Below, piece after piece: positions 11,788-24,651 of a stretch of 41,366 nt of DNA (position 1 is its first letter; every line of letters starts with the position of its first letter). Below the pieces are notes generated by a model. It was not told where the DNA came from, did no database searches, and saw nothing but the letters and a program-made list of their open reading frames with translations. This stretch comes from Bugula neritina (Eukaryota; Animalia; Bryozoa): contig CAXIUT010000077.1 of the NCBI GenBank assembly GCA_964035545.1, positions 1 through 41,366 of the forward strand. The letters are read 5' to 3'. Position numbers and translations under genes: made by a program.

Positions 11788-14700
11788 TCAACTTTATATT
11801 TCCTATGTGATCAGAGTATCTCTCTCCTATCCCCTCTACTGACCCATCCGCCATCGACGAATCCCCAACATACCAACAAACACCAACAAAACTAAACCGA
11901 TTATGCTAAACAAAATTATTGTGATCAACTTCCATTCAGGGAAAGGAGCTCTCCCATTCAACAACACTCTTATCCTCTCCAAAGTAAAATCATTTATCAA
12001 ATCCAAGTATATTATCTGAGTATCTAACAACTAGGTAGTTTTTAGACTCAAGTTATAATGAAGAGACCCCTTTACGACCTCTCCTCCTTCTTAAACCACC
12101 ACCAAACCTATTCTGGGCTCTCCATGTCCATCCACAACCTCACTCCTATTAAAATCAAAACGATGCAGACCTTATTCACTCAAAGGAAGTGCTCCTCTCA
12201 ATCCTCTCTTTTCAACAGTCCCATTAAAACCTCCAGAAGTAGAAAAGACAGTGTAGAGCTGTTGACTCTTATTAGTATCATCTTCATACTCTTCAGGAAG
12301 AAATTGACGAACCATAAATAGTCCATCAATGTGTTTAACCTAATTAGCTACCTCGTAGTATGAATATCTAAGAAATAGTCTCCTGATACTGGTGGATAGG
12401 AGGGTAGATTAGTGGAAGGCCAAAGCAACTTGCAAAGTATGATATCTTCCGGTGGTGACTAAAAGGATTTAGGATTCAAAAGAGTCTATTTTTTATCTTT
12501 TCTATAAAGTAACAGCCTGAAAGGTAGCATCGTAAGGTAGAGATTCATCTAAATCTTCAATCATTGTCCTTAAATTAATAAAGTAAGTTTGACGAGTAAT
12601 GATATCAGCCATCCCATTCACATGTGAAAACTACATTATCAAGAGGCCTCGTTTCATCTCTGTTATATACAAACGATACACCTATCTCTCTATGTCATAG
12701 ACCAACTCAGCATTATTTATGTAAATATTTCCTAACTCACGCATCCCGAAATCATCTCCATCGATATAGTCCACCTAGCTTAAAGGCTACTCAGTCTAAA
12801 CGTCAGAATTCACCTAAAATAAAAAAACTCCTCCCTTCCTGCCCTTCCGATAACAGTCGCTTTCAGAATCAACCAGCATCACTAAATCATTACTCACTTG
12901 GAGCCTTATCATGCCTAAAGCACTAGTTTATTGAGGTTCAAAAGCAAAACCTTTAGTTCCCACTTTGCTCACCACCTGTAAGTATATCTTGGAATCTTCC
13001 TGGCAACCAGCTACAGTCAAACTAGAATCAAGTGTCACCTATAGGCATCTAAGCCGATAGTGTTCTGCAAAAGGAATAGTCTATCTTATCGTACCATTAG
13101 ATTTGACTCTGATCAAAGCTTTTTCGACAAGAAACTCTCCTCCATCAGAAGAATAAGCATAAGAAGTCAATCCTGGATAAAAATCAACCGAAGATTCTTC
13201 TTGAATATGATTATTAACTTTGACTTTAGATGGACAATCTCGACAAGATGCCTGAATCGATAACACGTTGCCCTCATACCAACTACTATCATCCACTTCA
13301 TTTATCTGGTTGTACCCCGAATAAAACAAGTCTTTGGTGTTCATTATATTTTTTACCTCGGATTGACAGTGATATAGGTCGGCAAGTTGATAATAGACAC
13401 ATTGATTAACTACAACTCAACTGATTATACATAATTGAAGTATTCCAAATAAAACTGATAATCTTAGTCAGGATTAAGTATTTATATTTCAGGTCTTTAG
13501 TACTGTCTAAATATTCTGAATTCTTTTCCAGTAAGTACAGTCAGATAATCAACTCTATCACCACTAGCATCCACCAATATATTTTGAAATGCATAGAGAT
13601 CGATTTGATCATAAAGAGAACCAACAGCCGGCAATCCGCTTCGATAAACAAACACATTATAGTCTCCTCCCTCAGTTACTGTCTCGAGATAAACACAGTT
13701 GCCATAGTTAGATATCTAAAAATCATAATTGGAAGGTAACTTATATCCATAAAGAGGATAGTGCTTGCTACTAGCTACTTCTTTTAACTCGATTCTCGTA
13801 ATATCGTACTCCTTAATCGTATTAGGAAAAATAGTAACAATTAGACAGTTAGCATTGACCCTGAAATCAAACTTTTCCATTGAGTTAACGACTGGTCTGA
13901 TAATAGTCAACAACTGAGGGACACACTCTCGGCTCAAGTCCACTCCAATTATTGCATCATCAGTTTTAACAAAGAGAATATCAGGATGAAAAGGACTAGA
14001 GTGAACCTATCGAGGAGCAAAGTAAGGAACTCCCAACTTGAACATATTCAAATGGTTCAAACTGCACATCTAGATGCAGAATTAATCCAGACAGTCGTCC
14101 AAAGGAAATATTCCCACTCGTTTTATATGTCTCAAGACCACGAACATCAAGTTGCCACTTATAGAAACAGAAGACAAGTTACCAGGAAAACCTGAACCCA
14201 AAATCAACGGACTCAGCTCTTTGCTTTCGGTCAAGTCCTCGATAAACACCTTGTTGTAGTAACTTTTAGTAGTATAAGCCAAAACATGATGCTGTTACTG
14301 ACTAGCAGCATCTCTCACCATCCCTGTCACCCAATTATTAATCTTCCCTCCCAAATCTCTCACAGACGTCCTCCTGCAAAAAACGTTGATCAGCTAATGA
14401 TGAGGGCGACACTAACTGATATATGTGATATTTTGAGAATCTTGGCTGTAGATCATTAACAGATCATTCGTGGCTCCAGAAAAGACTTCTGTCTGTAAAA
14501 AACTCATATTAACTGCTTCATAAATTTGATCCCACCTCACATCTAGCTGTTCTTGCTGGTATACTTTTGCTTTTTTTCAACTGTCCCTTTTGAGTCTATC
14601 TCACTCGATATGTCACATTCGGACCCAGTATATAATCAGACAGCTCCATCTTCACCATTCCAGGGTAGTTAGCAGAGTACCTCGATGGAGGGCCATCACC

Positions 14701-16188
14701 AACAGCCCACATGGTTCTGTTATTTTAATCCAGTAGGGTGAAGTTTATATTCAAACTGCAAGTAGTATTCAAATCTGGATAGATTGGGTCAGTTGATGTG
14801 GCGGTCAGCACAAAGGATCTGATAGTATCTAGTAGTTGTGGATTGGAATCAAACTTAAGAGTGAAAGAAGGATCGTCTAAGGCATAGTTCAAGATGGATT
14901 TATCACTGATAACCATTAAGTAGCTATACTATTAATTAAATTAAACTCTTGTGCTGACAGGCTTGTGAGGAATAACTCCAAATACTCGACTAAATGTCCG
15001 ATCTCCTCTTTTGAATATCCATGTATAGTTATAAATAGTTCCTTAGTTCTTAGAAGAACTATGCACCAAAATAAAACGGTCATTCATAAACACCTGCATC
15101 ACAATTGAGTCAGGTATCAATGAATACTTGTTTAATAGTCTAGGGTCGTCCGAATAAGTCCAGTCAACTTCATGAACTGCATGAGAGTTAGCTATTCCTA
15201 TTTCTATCCGATTATCTAAATTAGAAGAATAAACAGTCATCCGGCTGAACCCTCTGGCTTCATAGACTCCTCGAAAAGATAGGTCTTCAGCTCCACTGAT
15301 ATACACCCTGTAGACTCCTTTCAGCTGATCCAGTATAAAGATTTATCCTAGATATATTTTAACGTCAGCTATTCTCAACTTATTGACTCCAAGAAATGTT
15401 CTATCAATGAGTCCTACGATCCACGGTTGAAGAGGATCTTCTATCATAAGCACTTCCACATAGGTATTGTCTCTGGTGGAGTCAGCCATGTCATCAGCAA
15501 AGTATGTCCTTAGCAAGAAGATATGTGAACTACTAAGCAGACTATCATAGAGCTACAACTTTCTATGTGATATTTATTGGAAAGGAACATACATTTCAGT
15601 GACTAGCTACTTCACCTTAGATCCATTATTAATCCTAAAATAGTAAAATATATTTTGATAAGGATATTGGCTCTTACTAGCTGAACTCTTCTTCTGAACG
15701 CAGTCGACGATGATCAAGTTGCTGATTGGAACTAGAACTGCGTCAAAGCAAGTGGTGTTGGTTAGATTTTAAACATTAATGTAGTAGTTGATGATGGGGG
15801 CTGTGTCATTGCCAGACAAGATACCATAATGAACCAATGTTTTAACTCCTTTCTCAGTCAATGCAATAAACTGCTGCTGCCAAGTGTTCCCTCTTTTCTA
15901 CATATGGTAGCTTTTTAATCCCTACAAAGGTAAATCTGGATAAGACTGTCCAATTAGTTAGAGCTTAGGCTTTAACTTGATGTACTTTTAGATATCTGGA
16001 TCTGCAGTAGTAGTATACTCTAAGTTGTATCCGTTGAACAGAGATGACATGTCCAACCTGAAGGCTTCATCTGGGACTAAAGGTAAAATTTTGAAGAAAT
16101 CAGAAGTATGGCAGTTAGGCAGATTAATTGCCATACTACAACTCAACCAAACCATGAATAAAAAAACTATCCTTAGTGACCTTCCCAT
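11788..16188 (-). CDS. Large type I transmembrane (surface/secretory) protein, ~1466 aa; two compensating 1-nt homopolymer frameshifts at 14571-14577 and 13349-13354
   Basis: Signal peptide MGRSLRIVFLFMVWLSCSMA, a long beta-rich ectodomain, TM helix WKLITIILFSIIGLVLLVFVGMLGI followed by RRWR, and a short tail. Joins seven minus-strand ORF fragments. Confidence 0.82.
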
Positions 16189-16311
16189 TCCTTTATTTGA
16201 TATGATTTTCTATTATAATAATATCATTAGTTGTTAATTTACTAAGTCAAAATATCAAATTAATAAATTTCTTATCCTAAAGTTAAAACAACAATTTATT
16301 TTAAAAACTAA

Positions 16312-17145
16312 TCATGCATATTTAGACCTCTCTATTTTAGTTTATGACTAAGACCTCTCTATTTTAGTTTATGACTAAGACCTCTCTATTTTAGTTTATG
16401 ACTAAGACCTCTCTATTTTAGTTTATGACTAAGACCTCTCTATTTTAGTTTATGACTAAGACCCCTCTATTTTAGTTTGTGACTAAGACCCCTTTATTTT
16501 AGTTTGTGACTAAGACCCCTTTATTTTAGTTTGTGATTTCTTTTTGGATAACTTTAATACTTCTCTCGAATGATTCTAAATAAATTTTATTTTCTAAATA
16601 CAACTTTTGATGTATCGATGGATGTAGTTGATCTGGTAGTGGAAGTAAGTAGGATGAGGCTAGAGCTAAGCTATTGATTGTTCGTCATCAGCTTTTAAAC
16701 AAAATAAATAGATTGAACCAAATAAAGAAATTAGACATACTATTCCCCAGACTGCTAGTCTTTGCAAATCATTTCTTGTTTATTTTTGTAAAAAGCCTTT
16801 AAAAAAGTTTTTGAGAGTAATTTAGTTGAGATGAGTGGAAATGTGATGATCATCAACGCAATGAGAATCAAAAGGTACAACAGTCCTGTGGAAGTCAGCT
16901 AAATTGGGTCGATGATTGAACTATGCAGCATCAAGAGCAGCTTTTGCCTTTTCACAATTAGGCATAAAATGCTCATATTCACGAGTCTATCCATTCACAT
17001 AGTAATCTAAATAACTACCAATATGAGGCTCCTTCCAAGAAACTGCCCATCTATCAAATGCTTACAAACGATTAGGTACTCCCTTAGGATACTTTTTTAT
17101 CAAAGAAATATAAGAAAAAGTCACCCTACTAGTCAGTCTCTGCAT
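16312..17145 (-). CDS. Hypothetical single-TM protein, 277 aa, with presequence-like N-terminus and C-terminal 9-aa repeats
   Basis: MQRLTSRVTFSYISLIKKYPKG..., TM segment LAVWGIVCLISLFGSIYLFCL. The frame runs through the 27-bp repeat to TGA at 16312. Confidence 0.62.
16323..16537. repeat. 27-bp tandem repeat x8, in frame within the 16312-17145 CDS
   Basis: Unit aagacctctctattttagtttatgact with polar variants (ccc, ttt, tgt). Confidence 0.95.
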
Positions 17146-17505
17146 TTATCTAATATTTTAATTAATTCAATTAGGTTGTGAGTATTTAATTAAATACTCT
17201 TATCAAAGAAATATAAGAAAAAGTCACCCTACTAGTCAGTCTCTGCATTTATCTAATATTTTAATTAATTCAATTAGGTTGTGAGTATTTAATTAAATAC
17301 TTTTATCAAAGAAATATAAGAAAAAGTCACCCTACTAGTCAGTCTCTGCATTTATCTAATATTTTAATTAATTCAATTAGGTTGTGAGTATTTAATTAAA
17401 TACTTTTTTATCAAAGAAATATAAGAAAAAGTCACCCTACTAGTCAGTCTCTGCATTTATCTAATATTTTAATTAATTCAATTAGGTTGTGAGTATTTAA
17501 TTAAA
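17090..17505. repeat. ~104-bp tandem repeat x4 containing a gene start and its upstream region
   Basis: Unit tacttttttatcaaagaaatataagaaaaagtcaccctactagtcagtctctgcatttatc...gtgagtatttaattaaa. Confidence 0.95.
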
Positions 17506-17541
17506 TAAAGAAGATCAAATTATTTTGTTTATTTTTCGATA

Positions 17542-18168
17542 TCATAAGTCTGTTTTCGATGTGGTTTAACTTTTATCTTGATTTAGGTATTAGTAAGTAG
17601 TTAATCCTGCCCACCAGTTCAAATATACATGAAACATCACTAAAACCACAGAAAAAAATAACATCAATGTACTTAATGCCAAACAAACATCCCTAACTAT
17701 GGAATATTCCTGAATAGATGACAAATAGATGGTAACCAATCGATATAGTATAAAAGTACCCATCAGTCGAAGAAAAGTCACATAATTGGTTCCTCCGATA
17801 CATACATTCAAGTACTTACAATGATGATCAAAGATATAAGCACAACTTCCACATTTAAAGCAATGATGACTACTTTTAAAAACCAATGCCTCACATAATA
17901 AACAAAACAACATCTAAGAAGAGTCTACTTTCTAAGAAGACAATATTCCAGTCAACAAAGGATCAGTAGGTTCATTTACTACCACAGTCCAAGCATCACA
18001 GAATAGCAAAAATATCAACACATATCTCCAAACCAAAAGAGAAAACTAAAGAATAGTCCAAGCAAAAGAAAAGAAAAACTAGAAAAGAAATAACTCAACT
18101 AAAAGTATTGAAAACAAAAAGACCTGGTGTCCAGAAAAACAACTCGATTTATATTTTCTTCTTCTCAT
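17542..18168 (-). CDS. DHHC palmitoyltransferase, 208 aa
   Basis: FCLLC..SHHCFKCGSCAYIFDHHCKYLNVCIGGTNY, TM helices, and the TTY(TAA=E) TTxE motif. Confidence 0.93.
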
Positions 18169-18229
18169 TATTATTATTATTATATCATAGTATTATTATC
18201 ATAACATTGTATTACGATCATATCATATC

Positions 18230-18415
18230 ATTGTATTCTACAATAGTATAACAATAATATCTATAGGAATACTAGAATATCACTGTATTCTACAATAGTA
18301 TAACAATAATATCTATAGGAATACTAGAATATCTATAGTATAACAATAATATCACTGTATTCTACAATATCTATACAATAATATCTATAGTAATACTACA
18401 ATATCTATAGTATTA
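18230..18415. repeat. Imperfect intergenic tandem repeat
   Basis: Reshuffled blocks tgtattctacaatagtataacaataatatc and tataggaatactagaatatc. Confidence 0.8.
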
Positions 18416-18496
18416 CTTTTAGTAGATGATTGAATTTTAACACAAAAATATCAAATGAAGGAAATACTAGAGATAATGAAGAGTAAATATATGAAA

Positions 18497-21400
18497 TCAA
18501 GTATTTTCTTATATTTATACAGAATCGCATCCAAGCATTTAAGCAATGGTGGTTGGTTCTATTTAGTGAAGTAGTATATGAGTTTGACTATTTTAAAGAT
18601 ATTTGATGGTCGTAGTGGTAGCTTTTTGAGTGATAAATTAGTAACACTGAACCTACCTCACAGGATTGCCACCTACGTTAGTACTATTTTACTTAATTAT
18701 AGAGATCTATTTTATAATTTAATGAGTTGAATGAGGGTGACAGGTAGTAGTTGAATTAGATTATGAGCCAGGTTGAAGGAAGAAAGAGAATGTAGTTGAT
18801 AAAGCTATCTAGGAAATGATGGTATGAGGTTAAAACTTAGAGATAAAGTTTTAAGACGACATTTTTAGTTTAGAATAGGAATTTATTTTATTTTATTATG
18901 ATCGGCGTAGATTGTCTTTAACTTAGAATATTCAGATAAATTAAGATTTTAAATAGAATTGTTATTCACTATTAATTTAGACATTTTGGGCATATAGTTA
19001 TCGCCCAATTCATTCAATCTATTATCAGACACATCCAACTCCTACAATCCTTTTAGCTTATGGTCTTCAAATCTTATAAGTTTGTTTTTACTAACTACTA
19101 GTTTAGATAAATTGTTTAATATCAAAATAGGAAGGCCTCCCAACTTATTTATCTATAAATGCAGACGAGTTAAGTTCAGTAGTTTATTGACTGACTAATG
19201 CAAATATTATAGTTAATTACTATTTAGGTATAATTCTTACAAATTCTATAAACTTTCCACTGCTTCCATCGTCTTTAGTCTATTATTGCTCAATGATAAA
19301 TATCTTAACTTCCTCACTGGAAACTACAGCTTCAATGTACCTATGGTAGCAACAGTAGTAAAGCAAGGACTGTATTATAGACTATTATGGCTCAAGTCCA
19401 AATGCAAAAGATCCCATAATTTACTAATTAGGGGAAACTTACTCTTCAAACTATTATGTGACAGATTTAGTTATTTTAATCTGGTTAGTTAGTTAATCCT
19501 TTCAGGTATTTATTTTAATTTGTTAAATGAACAATTCAGTTTTGATAAAGCTAACAACTCCATCATCTACAAAGGAAATACCTACAACTGATTATGACTC
19601 AAATTCAATATTTTTAAACGACTAAGGTTCCTAATTGAACCATCAATACTCTCTAACTTGTTATTTTGCAATTCAAACACTTATAGTTGCTTTAAACAAC
19701 CGATAGATGAAGGAAGGCTCTTTATCTAGTTGTCACTCAAATTCAAATTGGCCAAACAAGGCAAATGGCATAACTGGTTCTCGATAGTTTTAATTCTGTT
19801 AGTCCTCAAACAAAGAGAACGCAACTCACTCAACTGCCCTATCTCTTTCGGCACCACAACTATCTTATTCTTGGCTGCTGATAGTTCTTTCAACTGAACC
19901 TGTCTCAACACCTCAATAGAAATAGTCTACACTCGATTAGAATCAATTATCAAGTTCTATAACTTACTCAAATGCTTAAGATAAGTAAAATCTTTGATAC
20001 TATTTTCACTCAAGTTGAGTGTTATAACATTAGGAAATAGTTTGAGAATCGACTCGACTGTCTACAAGTGGTTGTCAATCAACTAGATCTTTGATATGTT
20101 TTGTCTTTGAGAGCTATTGCCAAAGCTACATAACTAAGCCAACTGCTTGCTGTTTAGTCTTTCTTGATTTATACATATCTTATCTGCATTCTTCAAATAC
20201 ACATTTCTCAACTTCTATTGAGTCTGATATTCTTTCACCTGCTCTTAGTCTATCTTTATATGTCTCTTCCCGTATTCAGGATCTATCTTAAACACCAAAT
20301 AGTGATCTCTAAACTGCTGCTCTCCTTTCTCGTCTTTTATATCACAAATCTAGTATATCTTTTTACTTTTTATCCCCATTATCTTGGATGCAAAACAACT
20401 TTTGAACAGTTTAAATGGTTATATTCTGGTCTAATAACAGTGAATCAAAATACAAATACCATATTCAGGAACGTCTTAATCTTTTTTCAACTTCCTACAC
20501 TTGTCAACCACCTCCTTTTTAAAAGCAGCATTCAATATAGACAAACAGTCATCTCTACGAATTTAACATCTAGCGCACACCCAGTAATCACAACTCTTAC
20601 ACTTCAAATGGTTCTTTATAAACACATTGTCATAAAAATGCTACAAACAAAGACTGCAAAGAAATGGCTTAAAGTAAGGCTCCAACTACAAATGCTCAGG
20701 ATTATGACTTCTTAGAGGATTTTTCTAAACCTAAACCACCGAAGGCAACTGCATGTAAAGATTAAAACGATTGTCGAAACACTTCCAAATAGAACAAAGT
20801 TCAGTCAGAGGACCAAAATAAGCTCTCTTCAACTCGTAAAAATAATGGTTGTAGGCATTTGAAAACTAAATAAATCTACTATTCTTGCTCTTAACTGCCA
20901 ACTGGATCTAGCACAACAAGTTTCTATACCGAATATTGATCAGCACGTCGTTAGTACCCTTCTGTAGCCGATTGACCACTCGTACAAGTTGGATATTGCT
21001 TTCTCTACTCTGACTTAGTCTCATTATCTAGTTATAGATGCGAATGACTTCCTTTTCCCCAGAAATACACCTGCACCTGAACAAGTCCATAATTTGTAAA
21101 GAAATAACTGAAAAGTCCATCTGAAGAGTAGAATAGTTTTTTGAAAATTTAGCGATCGCTGTCAATAGTCCATGAATCAATCTATTTAAATACTTGATTG
21201 AGTAAGAATGCAAGTTATTAACGATATCTAGAGAATATTTAGCTGCTATGAGTTAATACTTTTCGATCGAGTTCGTTCCTTTAGCCCATAGTTCCCTTTG
21301 CATTAGAGCACTTTCTAACATATAGTTATTTTAGAATAGTTCCTACATCTCATGATCTATCTTCTACTTCTCTTCCCTTAACTATTTTTATAAATTTTAT

Positions 21401-22560
21401 CGCATATCTTTACTTCCCACATCTGAAAGTCCCTTATTCTTTAAACGAATTTCATCAACCCATAAGTCAAAAGATTGACTATCTCTAAACTTTTTCTACA
21501 ACTACTCGCACCACTTAGATATAAATCTTAAAACCTGCGAACTTTGAATACTTATATTATGAGCTGCTATCTCCTATTCAGTAAATAATCGAGTTGAGTC
21601 AGGTAACTTCTTACCGATCTTGTAGTCAGTGTACTCTTATACTTTTTATCGATATTTAGTCTTATTAGCAAGACTCTAAGGATGAAACTATTTTCCTTTG
21701 ATGTTTTCCTCTAGAGTTTCCTTTTTGAACACTCCCAAAGTTACACTCAGAGAATCTTCCCACTCTTAAAGATTGTCATTGCTTCTTTTATCTTTGTCTT
21801 CTTTCTCCTTTTCTTCCATATAGTCACTATCAGTAACAAGTTCAAACAATTAAGAGACTCTACTCTAGAACCTATCATAAATATGTGAGTTTCTGATTCT
21901 TTGATGTGTTTTTTTTAAGACTTAATTAAAAGCTCGCATGATCAAGTCGTTATATTATCCGGTTTATCGATAGTGCCACTGAACTTATGAGGCATAAAGA
22001 TAATTATTTTAAGGTTGGTGAGTAAAATCAACTTCTTTTATGATTCTATTAAGATTTCTATTGACTTATTGGCTTAAAGTCATCGGATATTTGTGCCACA
22101 TATAGTCTAATATATTATCCCTAATATGACTATTCATTATCTAAAACTATTATTTACCCAAATTGAATCTTTAACTCAGTCGAACGATGTTTCTCATTAT
22201 CTGCTATGAAGCAAAAACTTTAGAATTCTAAAAACTCAGTTAATTCTTTGAAAAACAGTTGAAAGATACTGACCATACCTTTTTGCACAGCCTAGTTATA
22301 AACATCTATAGCTACTCTCTTCTTAATCTTTATCCTTTTGGAGGCAAATCCATCAAAATAATTCGATCTCTCGGCTATAACAACTGACCAGAAACCAACC
22401 TTTCTAACTACTCCTCGCTTTGATAGTGCTGTCTGCTCATCTTTATGAACTCTGACATAAAAATTGATAACTGTTGCATCTAATGACCTGAAGAAAATTG
22501 AGAATCAACCGAAGGAGTCTCACAGTCTACTTTATCCAATTCAACCAATGGGTTCTTCAT
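18497..22560 (-). CDS. RelA/SpoT-like nucleotidyltransferase + Cys/His zinc finger + leucine-rich-repeat protein, ~1347 aa; intron 18673-18692
   Basis: One continuous frame under TAR=Glu. It contains IMDLFRCRCI..IQLVRVVNRLQKGTNDVLINIRYRNLLCEIQL..NHYFYELKR, then FLCSLC..HLKCKSCDYWVCARC, then about 20 LxxLxLxxNxL repeats ending in the LELSGNP cap. The CDS and LRRs are secure; the NTase assignment is from motif recognition only. Confidence 0.8.
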
Positions 22561-22655
22561 ATATCTGTTCAAATAAATATTTATATTATTATCATTCGAA
22601 TATAAGCTGATGAAATAGAAGATCAAATAGATACTTATGTTTGATATTTATTTAT

Positions 22656-22729
22656 GGGGTTGGGGTTGGGGTTGGGGTTGGGGTTGGGGTTGGGTTGGGG
22701 TTGGGGTTGGGGTTGGGGTTGGGGTTGGG
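22656..22729. repeat. Internal telomeric tract (GGGGTT)n, 74 bp
   Basis: Telomeric hexamers with one GGGTT variant, lying between two divergent genes. Confidence 0.95.
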
Positions 22730-24651
22730 CATCATATCAACGATAAATTTTAAAAGTTCATCCATTCTATCTCTTCCAGCACAGTTTCAATCTAATCTAG
22801 ACTCAACCAGCTATCAACCGTATCAATACCAACCAGAACCAATGCATTAACAACACTATCATAAACTCTCCAATAAAAACTATCGCCTAAAGATATATAA
22901 AGATATAAAGCTTTACAAAATAAATTAAAAAGAAACCAACAAATTTTATAAATCATTTCAAGAGGTAAATCTTCAATTAATAGATTAAATAATTTTTTTG
23001 ATTTAAAACTAGATGAACTTGAACTCAACCAGTCTTCATTCATAGGTGCTCTTAATTCAATCAACCATTTTTAAGGTTTAAATAGTTTATCAGTTTCAGA
23101 ATTTCCTCTTCTGAAAGAACAGTTCTACATTCAATTAATGGCTAAAATAACAAAAAAATAAGAACAATAATTCCCACAAATCCAACGATAATTCAAGTCT
23201 TGTCTAGATCAACTAACTCTCCCTCTAAAAAAAAACTAAATCATATCAACTGTTTCACAACCTGAAAGATTAAAAATAATAGCTCTTATGCTTCGATAAG
23301 ATTGTTTTATTAACCTCAAAAGACACCTTACTGGACTTCTATAAAAATAAAACATTTACCCTTAAAAATTATTGTCCTTATATTGGCAGCCAACCATCAA
23401 CACAGTTATCTACCTCTTCGCCAGCGGATCATAACTTCACAATCTAGAAGAACCAGCCTGGATGTTCTAATATCTGCAACTGACCTTTAAGTCAAACTTC
23501 AAATATTTTAGTGATCATCTACTAGCTCTTGATTTAAAAACTGATATTGCTTCGACTCTCAAAAACTACTTTCTAAACGGCTCAGTTGATTCTTTTTTCA
23601 TTAAAGCTATTGAATGTAGATTAAAATAAGATAAAAAATTATTAAATAACTTCTTGAGTTTCAATTTTTTAGATTAAGTAGCCACCTTCTAAGTCAAAAT
23701 TCAAAATGTATATGGTTTAAAAATAAAATTAGTCGAAAAAGTTATTCTTTAATATTAATAAATCCTCACCCAAGCCTTCTAGTATTAAAATCAAAAATTC
23801 TAAGACAAAATATTTTAAGTACTCTTTCTACTACCTAGGATTTCATCAAGATCAACTACTCACAAATCAGCCTCAAAAATTTATAAGCCTACAACCTCAT
23901 GCTTGCCTTTCTCAGTATGTTAGAAAGACTCTATGGAAAGTACCAACTTGTTGATGACCCCCTCATCAAAAACAAGATCCATAAATTTTATAGAGATAGA
24001 ATCCTTGGTCTCGTAGCTCATCTTAAAACCTCTTTCGATAGAATCTATCACCATTCTAGACTGCCTAAACTTGATATACTTGTTAGTTTCAAAAGAACAG
24101 AAAAAGAACTAAGAACACAACTAGCTGAACTTATTCTCGCAGACTCTCAACTATAAGAAGTCTTACAAAAAGAATATTATTGTTATCTGGAACAGTTCTA
24201 CGAAGCTGCTGCTCTTTAGGCACTAACTTCAGTCCACAAAAAGATCCATATCAGTCTAGCAGACATCATGAGCCGATTAGCCTCTGAAGAATAGAATAAT
24301 CATCAACAACTATTGAAAGGGTTTTCTAAAATACAATAATAATGGATAGGAAAGATGGATCAAATATCTAAATTTAGCAACTACACAGATAACAAACTCA
24401 GGACTATTTTTTTTACCTATTTAGAAGGAACTACTTTGAGTTCAGTTGGCTTAAATCTATTCCTCAAAATATTTGAACCTTTTCTTCAAAGCATTTTCAA
24501 AGAAGACAAACATAGAACTCTTCTCAGTCTGATAACCACTGAGAAACAACTTTATTTCTAACATCTTGAAGGACATCCCTCAGCTCTTTCTTTCCTGAGC
24601 AAAGAATAAATCTCTAAACTCAACAAATTTAAAACACTAAGAGACCAGTGA
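22730..24651 (+). CDS. RINT1/TIP20-like tethering protein, 5' end missing; intron 23819-23838
   Basis: About 633 open codons start directly at the telomeric tract with no ATG until ~23138. An N-terminal coiled coil is followed by YLFASGSELHNLEEPAWMFEYL, resembling the RINT1 YHF..TN..KPEW motif. The family call is tentative. Confidence 0.6.

Noticed and set aside
20164-20715. 183-aa plus-strand ORF, and similar ones at 36015-36464, 27932-28117 and elsewhere
   Set aside because: Antisense shadows of well-supported minus-strand genes, with no recognisable motifs.
22641-22850. GV/GL-repeat ORF, and the PT-repeat ORF at 30592-30804
   Set aside because: Both are translations of telomeric tracts.
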